Source: an uncultured Gemmatimonadota bacterium (GTDB taxonomy: Bacteria; GCA-2686955). From it: 31,595 bases of DNA. Below the pieces are notes generated by a model. That model was not told the origin of the DNA. It saw only the letters and a list, made by a program, of their open reading frames with translations, and searched no databases. The DNA lies in contig CAZFNT010000001.1 in assembly GCA_964520315.1 (NCBI GenBank), positions 1 through 31,595 on the forward strand, written 5' to 3'. Shown one piece after another: positions 25,525 through 31,595 of the stretch. The number at the start of each line of letters is the position of its first letter. The stretch's first letter is position 1. Made by a program: the position numbers and the translations under genes.

Positions 25525-26663
25525 CGGTGCGGATGCTCTTTGCGGTATTGGGGAGCTTGCTCGTGTTCCAGGCACGGGGGGCTAGCGTTGCGCTGGTCCA
25601 GCCGATGGTCGCCGATTCCCTGCGCTTGCTCCACCAGCTTCCCACGGCGCGGGTGGGTGGCATCGAGCTGGTGCGGGTTTCCGATCTGGCACGGATCGCC
25701 GGCGCCACGCGTTACTGGCGTGCCGACGTGCGCAAGGTTGTGCTCAGGAAGGGCACCCACAAGCTGCGCGTCGCGATGGACAACCGATATGCGGTTCTCG
25801 ATGGCAAGGCGATGAACCTTCGCGCCCCCGCCCACGGCGTCGATGGGGAGCCGGGGATTCCGCTCGTGGCGGTGGTTGGGGTCCTTTCGGCACTCACTGA
25901 TGACCGCTTCGTCTGGAATGGGGACCGGCGTGAGATAGAGGTGCCGACCTCGATCGCTCACGCGCTACGCCCACCGCCCGACGATCCCGTGTCGCCAGCC
26001 AATCCGCCCGACGGATTCGCCGCGACGATCCGCCCGATTCGGCTCGTTGTGCTAGACGCTGGCCATGGTGGGCGCGATTCCGGATCGGTCGGTCGCAAGG
26101 GTGTGCGTGAGGCGACCGTGACGCTGGACATCGCGCGTCGCACCGCGAAGCTGCTGCGGGGAAGAGAGATCGAGGTCGTCTTGACCCGCGATGGAGATCG
26201 GACGCGAACGACGGTCGAGCGGGCGCAGATCGCCAACGGCGTCGGAGCGGATCTCCTCGTTTCGATCCACGCCAACTCATCGTTGGCGGCCGACGCGGAG
26301 GGGTTCGAGATCTACTGCCTCGGAGGGGGGCGGATCACAGAGACGAAATCGAGCGCCACCATCGAGTTTGTGTCGTGGGATGATGCGCAGGCGGTACACG
26401 TCGCGCGCTCCCGCGACGTCGCCAGGGCGGTGCAGCTTTCGCTAGCGCGCGAGCTGGGGCTGCGCAACCGCGGGGTCAATCACGCGCCGCTGCCGCTCTT
26501 GCGCTGCGCGAATCTGCCGGCCATCGAGGTCGACGTCGGTTTCCTTTCACATCCTTCCGACGAAGCGCTCCTGGGCACCGCGGCCTTTCGGGAGCAGGTC
26601 GCCCGTGCCATTGTCGCCGGTATCGGTCATTATGGCGCCGCGGACCAGGAGGCGATCCGATGA
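25521..26663 (+). CDS. N-acetylmuramoyl-L-alanine amidase (Amidase_3) with N-terminal domain
   Basis: Motifs VVLDAGHGGRDSG, RE..VTLDIA, ERAQIAN, LLVSIHANS and PAIEVDVGFLS, with a signal-like N-terminus. Confidence 0.85.
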   Translation: MTVRMLFAVLGSLLVFQARGASVALVQPMVADSLRLLHQLPTARVGGIELVRVSDLARIAGATRYWRADVRKVVLRKGTHKLRVAMDNRYAVLDGKAMNLRAPAHGVDGEPGIPLVAVVGVLSALTDDRFVWNGDRREIEVPTSIAHALRPPPDDPVSPANPPDGFAATIRPIRLVVLDAGHGGRDSGSVGRKGVREATVTLDIARRTAKLLRGREIEVVLTRDGDRTRTTVERAQIANGVGADLLVSIHANSSLAADAEGFEIYCLGGGRITETKSSATIEFVSWDDAQAVHVARSRDVARAVQLSLARELGLRNRGVNHAPLPLLRCANLPAIEVDVGFLSHPSDEALLGTAAFREQVARAIVAGIGHYGAADQEAIR

Positions 26664-27274
26664 CCCGTGATCTCGATGCCGAAGGAAGGTCCAGATGGAT
26701 CGCTCCCTTTGTTCTGGTCGTCGTTGGCCTGGCCCTGCCGACGGGCTACCTCGCCTGGCGGGGCTTGCTGCCGGGAACGCGTGAGGCCGCTTCAGAGGCT
26801 CACGGCGCGGGCGATCCGGCGGCCGAGACCGGAGAGATGATGGAAGAGCTGCGACCGGTCGGCTCGGTGGTGCTCTATTTCTCGGATCGATCAGGAGAAG
26901 GGCTCGTGGCGGAGATGCGCGATGTAGCCGGCACGGACGATCGGGGCTCCAGGGCGGCATCGATCGTTCGGGAGCTGGCGGCGGGATCACGCTCCGGTCT
27001 CGCCCGGACCGTGCCCGTGGATGTCGACGTCCTTCACGTCTTCGTCGACGACGTCGGGGTCGTATATCTCGACCTCAGCGCCGATTTGGTCGAGGGGCAC
27101 ACCGGCGGCACACGGGGCGAGATTCTGACCCTTCGCTCGATCGCCCGGTCGATATCGGCGAACGACCCTAGCGTGACCGGCGTCCGTTTGTTGGTGGAGG
27201 GCAGGGAGTTGGACTCGATCCAGGGGCACGTCGATCTGTCGCGAGAGCTTCGAATCGGCGTCGAGAGCGGTTGA
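26660..27274 (+). CDS. GerMN domain protein
   Basis: One N-terminal TM, then LYFSD..GEGLV.E.R, VYLDLS, E.LTLRSIARS and VRLLVEG.E..S..GHVDLS. It lies in the typical amidase-GerMN-murI context. Confidence 0.85.
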   Translation: MTRDLDAEGRSRWIAPFVLVVVGLALPTGYLAWRGLLPGTREAASEAHGAGDPAAETGEMMEELRPVGSVVLYFSDRSGEGLVAEMRDVAGTDDRGSRAASIVRELAAGSRSGLARTVPVDVDVLHVFVDDVGVVYLDLSADLVEGHTGGTRGEILTLRSIARSISANDPSVTGVRLLVEGRELDSIQGHVDLSRELRIGVESG

Positions 27275-27275
27275 G

Positions 27276-28088
27276 ATGAGCACGATCGGGGTTTTCGATT
27301 CCGGCGTCGGGGGGCTGACCGTTGCGCGCGCTATCATGGCACTGCTCCCTCGCAGGCGAGTCATCTACCTGGGCGACACCGCTCGCGTCCCCTACGGCCC
27401 GAAGTCCCCCAGAACGATCCGGCGATTCAGCAAAGAGAACGGGGACTTCCTGGCCGAGAAGGGGATCGACGCTCTCGTGGTCGCGTGCAACACCGCGTCG
27501 GCGCTCGCCATCGAGGAGCTCCGTTCCCGACATCCCTTCCCGGTGATCGGGGTCTTGGAGCCGGGGGTGCGAGAGGGGCTGCGGGCAGCGGAGGGGAACC
27601 CGCTCGGCGTGATCGGCACCGTGGGAACGATCAAGAGCGATGCGTACCGGCTCGCGGCGGCTCGCATCGATCCGAGCGCGATCGTCGAATGCCGGGCCTG
27701 CCCACTCTTCGTGCCCCTAGCTGAAGAGGGGATGGTCGATCATGCCGCCACCGAGTTGATCGCGCGCGACTACCTGGCGCCGCTCGCCACCGCCGGGATC
27801 CGCGCGCTCGTTCTGGGCTGCACGCACTATCCGCTGCTCGCCCCTGTAATCCAGCGGGTGGTCGGCGCCGATGTCACTCTCGTCGATTCGGCCGACGCGG
27901 TTGCCCTGGAGCTGGTCGCGCGCTTGCCCCAGCCCTTGCCGGGCACTGGCGATACGGTGTCCCAGCAATCCGATCGTTTCTTCGTAACCGACACCGCCAC
28001 GCGCTTCAGCGAGGTAGGTGCCCGTTTTCTTGGAGCCGAGCTGCCAGAGGTGGAGCTGGCCGATCTGGCGGATCCTGGTTCTTATTGA
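27276..28088 (+). CDS. murI: Glutamate racemase
   Basis: Motifs IGVFDSGVGGLTV, YLGDTARVPYG, VVACNTAS and LGCTHYP. Confidence 0.96.
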   Translation: MSTIGVFDSGVGGLTVARAIMALLPRRRVIYLGDTARVPYGPKSPRTIRRFSKENGDFLAEKGIDALVVACNTASALAIEELRSRHPFPVIGVLEPGVREGLRAAEGNPLGVIGTVGTIKSDAYRLAAARIDPSAIVECRACPLFVPLAEEGMVDHAATELIARDYLAPLATAGIRALVLGCTHYPLLAPVIQRVVGADVTLVDSADAVALELVARLPQPLPGTGDTVSQQSDRFFVTDTATRFSEVGARFLGAELPEVELADLADPGSY

Positions 28089-28109
28089 GTGAATCGCGCA
28101 GGAGAACCA

Positions 28110-28841
28110 ATGGAACAAGCCTCGACCCGTCTCGATGGACGCAACTTCGATCAACTGCGGCCCCTTCGATTCACGCCCGATTTCATCGATCATGCCGAGG
28201 GATCGGTTCTGGTCGAGATGGGGCGTACGCGTGTTCTGTGCACCGCGACCATCGACAACAAGGTCCCGCCTTGGATGCGTAACGGCGACAGCGGCTGGCT
28301 CACGGCCGAGTACTCGATGCTGCCGCGGGCCGGCAAGGAGCGGACGCCGCGGGAATCGGTTCGGGGGCGGATCAAGGGGCGGACGCATGAGATTCAAAGG
28401 CTGATCGGGCGGAGCATCCGTGCCGCGATCGATCTGAAGAAGCTGAAGGGGAAGACGATCTGCCTCGACTGCGATGTATTGCAGGCCGACGGCGGCACGC
28501 GCACGGCCGCCGTGACCGGCGCGTGGGTGGCGACGGCTCTCGCCATGAAAGGGCTCACGGGCGACTCCGAGAGCTGGCGGGGGATCGTCCGCCACCCGGT
28601 GGCCGCTGTGAGCGTTGGACTGGTCGAAGGGCAGGTGCTACTGGATCTTTGCTACGAAGAGGATGTGCGTGCGGACGTGGACATGAACGTGGTGATGACC
28701 GCCGACGGCAGATTCGTCGAGGTCCAGGGGACGGCGGAGGGCGTTCCCTTCGATCGGGCAGCCCACGATCGCCTTTTGGACTGCGCGGCGGCCGGGATCG
28801 AGGAGCTGATCGGTCTACAGCTCGAGGTTGTGGATCGATGA
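28110..28841 (+). CDS. rph: Ribonuclease PH
   Basis: Motifs [41 protein letters not shown] and QADGGTRTA. The ATG at 28110 follows GGAG. Confidence 0.97.
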   Translation: MEQASTRLDGRNFDQLRPLRFTPDFIDHAEGSVLVEMGRTRVLCTATIDNKVPPWMRNGDSGWLTAEYSMLPRAGKERTPRESVRGRIKGRTHEIQRLIGRSIRAAIDLKKLKGKTICLDCDVLQADGGTRTAAVTGAWVATALAMKGLTGDSESWRGIVRHPVAAVSVGLVEGQVLLDLCYEEDVRADVDMNVVMTADGRFVEVQGTAEGVPFDRAAHDRLLDCAAAGIEELIGLQLEVVDR

Positions 28842-29470
28842 AGGGGCGCGGCACGACGCTGGTGATCGCTTCGCGCAACCGCGACAAGATACGGGAGTTG
28901 GCGAATCTGCTCAAGAATCTGCCATTGGTCGTTCGGGCGGCAGAGGAGTTTCCGGAAGTGCCGAAGGTCATCGAGGAGACGGCGCCCGATCTGCGCGGCA
29001 ACGCGCTGCTCAAGGCCCGCGCGGTGGCCAAGGCGAGCGGACGATGGGCTCTGGCCGACGACACGGGGCTCGAGGTCGATGCGCTCGACGGTGCGCCCGG
29101 TGTGGAGACCGCCAGGTTCGCCGGGCCGGACGCCAGCTATGCGGACAATGTAGCGCTCCTCCTCGAACGGATGGCCGGCGCGGCGGGGCAGCGCGGAGCG
29201 CGATTCCGCACCGTGGTGGCCCTCTGCGATCCCGACGGCGAAACCACGACGGTCGAGGGGGTGTGCGAGGGAGAGATCCGCACGAAACCAGCGGGCGAAG
29301 CGGGATTCGGCTACGATCCGGTCTTTGCTCCGAAGGAGGGGAAGGGGAGGACCTTCGCGCAGATGTCGATGGCCGCCAAGGGTGCGATAAGCCATCGCGG
29401 CCGAGCCATAGTGGCGGCGCTCTCGGAGATCGAAAGACGAATCTTGGGGGTCGCGAAGCCGGAATGCTGA
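28838..29470 (+). CDS. rdgB: Non-canonical purine NTP pyrophosphatase (RdgB/Ham1)
   Basis: Motifs [41 protein letters not shown] and ISHRGRA. ATGA overlap with rph. Confidence 0.95.
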   Translation: MKGRGTTLVIASRNRDKIRELANLLKNLPLVVRAAEEFPEVPKVIEETAPDLRGNALLKARAVAKASGRWALADDTGLEVDALDGAPGVETARFAGPDASYADNVALLLERMAGAAGQRGARFRTVVALCDPDGETTTVEGVCEGEIRTKPAGEAGFGYDPVFAPKEGKGRTFAQMSMAAKGAISHRGRAIVAALSEIERRILGVAKPEC

Positions 29471-29477
29471 GACGGGC

Positions 29478-29506
29478 TTGCATTCCCGCCCCCCAGCTCA
29501 CAAGAT
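29478..29506 (+). promoter_or_regulatory. Possible promoter for the tRNA pair
   Basis: TTGCAT, a 17 bp spacer, then CAAGAT, about 30 nt upstream of tRNA-Pro. Confidence 0.35.
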
Positions 29507-29537
29507 GCTAGGGGTCGATCCGACCACGGGTTTCGGT

Positions 29538-29612
29538 CGGGGCGTGGCGCAGTGGAAGCGCACCTGCTTTGGGAGCAGGGGGTCGCGAGTTCAAGTCTCG
29601 CCGCCCCGACCA
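29538..29612 (+). tRNA. tRNA-Pro (TGG)
   Basis: Acceptor stem CGGGGCG/CGCCCCG, D-stem GCGC/GCGC, anticodon stem CCTGC/GCAGG with loop TTTGGGA, T-arm GCGAG-TTCAAGT-CTCGC, and an encoded CCA. Confidence 0.95.
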
Positions 29613-29637
29613 GCCCGCGGGTCGATCGAGCCGTTAT

Positions 29638-29713
29638 GCCGGAGTAGTTCAATGGATAGAACGGCGGCCTTCTAAGCCGCATGCTGGGGGTTCGATTCCC
29701 CCCTCCGGTACCA
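29638..29713 (+). tRNA. tRNA-Arg (TCT)
   Basis: Acceptor stem GCCGGAG/CTCCGGT, D-stem GTTC/GAAC, anticodon stem GCGGC/GCCGC with loop CTTCTAA, T-arm GGGGG-TTCGATT-CCCCC, and an encoded CCA. Confidence 0.95.
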
Positions 29714-29720
29714 TATGCAC

Positions 29721-29760
29721 GAGGGCCGCCAATTCGATTTCGGCGGCCCTCGGTGGTTTT
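29721..29760. terminator. Hairpin terminator between the tRNAs and the convergent ferredoxin gene
   Basis: GAGGGCCGCC-11 nt-GGCGGCCCTC (perfect 10 bp stem), followed by GGTGGTTTT. Confidence 0.65.
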
Positions 29761-29774
29761 CCGGCTCCGATCGG

Positions 29775-30119
29775 TCAGTCGGCCACTCGGGCTCCCGCCT
29801 CTTCGCCTTCCGCCAATTGATGGACGTCGTTGCGGAAGCGTGAGGTCGACTCGTCCAGATCGTCAAAGTCTTCGTTCGGGTGGATCTCCTTCGCGCGGTC
29901 GAAAAGCATCGATTCGCTCTCGATCTTGTTCGGATCTGGGATGCAGCAATCCACGGGACAACTGGCCTGGCAGGCCTCTTCGTCGTGGAAGCCGACGCAC
30001 TCGGTGCACAGGCTCGCATCGATCACATAGATGTCATCGGCCTCTGTGATGGCCTCATTCGGGCACTCCGGCTCGCACGCGCCGCAAGAGATGCACTCGT
30101 CGGTGATATAGGTCGCCAT
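29775..30119 (-). CDS. 2x[4Fe-4S] ferredoxin, YfhL type
   Basis: Motifs CISCGACEPECP and CTECVGFHDEEACQASCPVDCC. Confidence 0.92.
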   Translation of the reverse strand: MATYITDECISCGACEPECPNEAITEADDIYVIDASLCTECVGFHDEEACQASCPVDCCIPDPNKIESESMLFDRAKEIHPNEDFDDLDESTSRFRNDVHQLAEGEEAGARVAD

Positions 30120-30280
30120 TTCGACAGGTCTCCGTCAATGTAAGAGCTAAGCCATTTCTTCCCGCGCTGGCGGGGCTAGAAACGTGGCCGGAGGTTCGAG
30201 CCGGCCACCAAGTCCTTGAGCCCTGTTTTCATAGCATTGTCGGAGTGCTCAAGGCAACAAGATCCAGGTTCCTCCCCGTA

Positions 30281-30309
30281 TTGACCGGGGAAGGTCGCGC
30301 AACTAGCCT
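30281..30309 (+). promoter_or_regulatory. Possible sigma70-type promoter
   Basis: TTGACC, a 17 bp spacer, then TAGCCT, about 45 nt upstream of the ORF at 30355. Confidence 0.45.
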
Positions 30310-30354
30310 CGATTGTCGTCATTTCACCCGCAATGCGCCGGAGGAGACCGGTAG

Positions 30355-31575
30355 ATGAGACCGCCAGGCGACCCGGAGAGGGCGCGGAAACGCTCGGCCA
30401 GAATCGGAGCCAGGCTGACCTACGTAGATCCCGAGGGCAGGATTCGAGTCTTCACTCCCGATCGCTCCAACCGCATGCTCGCGCTGCCTGGGCGCCCGCC
30501 AGGACTGCCGGTGATGGACGGTGTCGAGACGCCGAAGTGGCCGAGTTGGAGTTCAACCGGTGAGTGGATCGCCGCGGCCGGCGCCACGGACGACGGGAAG
30601 ACCGGCGGGGTCTTTGTGTTCGACGCGCACAGATCGCGCCGCTCCCGCTGGATCCCGCTCCAGTCCGCACCTATGTACAGCTGCTGGTTGCCGGGTCATA
30701 AGGCGATCGGCGCTCTGCTCTCGGAGAAGGACCGACTGCATCTCTTCGCACTCGATGCGACCCGGCGTGTCGTCGCCCCGCGGAGCATCGCGAAGGGGAT
30801 GCCCCTGTTTTTTCACGCGCGCCCCGACGGGACGGAGATCGCGATCCATACCACCGAAGTGGCCGCGGGGCCGGGGCGTCAAGTGCGGCTCTGGGACACG
30901 CGAGAGGTTCCCGAGAGCTCACTGGTGCTCACGCAACGGGCCGGTCGCCTGAGAAGCCCGGCCTTCTCGCCCCACGGCGCGCTCCTGGCCTACGGCGAGA
31001 GGTCGGAGAGGGGCCGCGATTACACCGACCTGTGCGTCGTCGATCTGAAGGGGAAGAAGGTGCGTCCGCCCATCGCCTTCAAAGGGCAGGGCGCGGCTTC
31101 GTTCTCGCGCGACGGGCGTCATCTCGCGCTCTTGGCCGGCGAGGTCGGCAACATCCCCCTCTTCGGTCAGGCGGCGATCGTCTCCGCCTGGGGCGGCGAG
31201 CCCTCGCCTCTGCACGAAGGGCCGATAGGCAACATCGAATGGGTGGACGATTCCCGGCTCATAGCAATCGTGGCGGGGGAATCCGGAGTCCATTGGGTGC
31301 TCTTTGATCGCCGGAGCGGCTCCTCGGTTCGGATTTCGCCACCGCTCAGCCCGACCCGCGACGCGCTCTTCTACGCTCATTTCTTCGATCAGTTCTCGCG
31401 GACCCACCCGCTCGTCTCCGCCAACGGACGATACGCAGCCTATGCCGCCCAGTACGGCGGGGACCGGGCTACCGTCGAACCCCACATCTTTCTGCTCGAT
31501 CTCGAGAGCCCCTGCGCACCAGAGATCGTCGGTCCCGGCATGATGCCGGCGTGGGAGCTGCCTTCCGCGCCCTGA
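30355..31575 (+). CDS. Hypothetical TolB/PD40-like beta-propeller protein
   Basis: Repeated propeller-like units (WPSWSSTGEWIA, SPAFSPHGALLAY, ASFSRDGRHLAL, VSANGRYAAY, PAW). No obvious signal peptide. Confidence 0.7.
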   Translation: MRPPGDPERARKRSARIGARLTYVDPEGRIRVFTPDRSNRMLALPGRPPGLPVMDGVETPKWPSWSSTGEWIAAAGATDDGKTGGVFVFDAHRSRRSRWIPLQSAPMYSCWLPGHKAIGALLSEKDRLHLFALDATRRVVAPRSIAKGMPLFFHARPDGTEIAIHTTEVAAGPGRQVRLWDTREVPESSLVLTQRAGRLRSPAFSPHGALLAYGERSERGRDYTDLCVVDLKGKKVRPPIAFKGQGAASFSRDGRHLALLAGEVGNIPLFGQAAIVSAWGGEPSPLHEGPIGNIEWVDDSRLIAIVAGESGVHWVLFDRRSGSSVRISPPLSPTRDALFYAHFFDQFSRTHPLVSANGRYAAYAAQYGGDRATVEPHIFLLDLESPCAPEIVGPGMMPAWELPSAP

Positions 31576-31595
31576 TCAGCCGGCTTCCACCAGAC

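Noticed and set aside
29775-29830. C-terminal extension of the ferredoxin (DVHQLAEGEEAGARVAD) as a possible readthrough lesion
   Set aside because: Acidic tails vary among YfhL-type ferredoxins, and the stop lies just before the shared terminator hairpin, which is consistent with a normal gene end.
1-31595. CRISPR arrays, IS elements/transposases, integrases, prophage genes, rRNA
   Set aside because: I saw no regularly spaced direct repeats, no DDE or tyrosine/serine recombinase motifs and no rRNA-like sequence. No duplicated tRNA 3' end (att site) was noticed after the tRNAs.

Overview
A GC-rich bacterial chromosomal window with mostly housekeeping genes. The secreted protein with a FlgD-Ig/CTD-like tail and the overall gene order suggest an FCB-related or candidate-phylum organism; this is inference only. 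From left to right it contains: the end of a minus-strand operon (DUF1015-serA-serC, sugar transferase, polysaccharide deacetylase, start of a probable glycosyltransferase); an orphan lipoprotein; a 1.45 kb mosaic of fused gene fragments (cytochrome c oxidase subunits II, I and III plus the tail of an acyl-CoA ligase) behind tandem FNR-type boxes; an M1 aminopeptidase; a phoH-7TM/HD-ybeY-CNNM-CNNM-mgtE-recO operon interrupted by an inverted, damaged DUF4160/DUF2442 toxin-antitoxin-like pair; a secreted FlgD-tail protein; DUF72; a Phd-antitoxin remnant and a candidate structured RNA; a tRNA-thiolase-like gene with tusA, then smpB, amidase, GerMN, murI, rph and rdgB; tRNA-Pro(TGG) and tRNA-Arg(TCT); a YfhL-type ferredoxin; and a beta-propeller-like protein. 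The most unusual signal is repeated gene decay by internal deletion at several independent loci (oxidase operon, DUF4160, Phd) while flanking core genes are intact. Read mapping is needed to separate real genome erosion from assembly artefact. No CRISPR array, transposase, integrase or rRNA was seen. All family calls come from motif recognition by eye; no searches were run.
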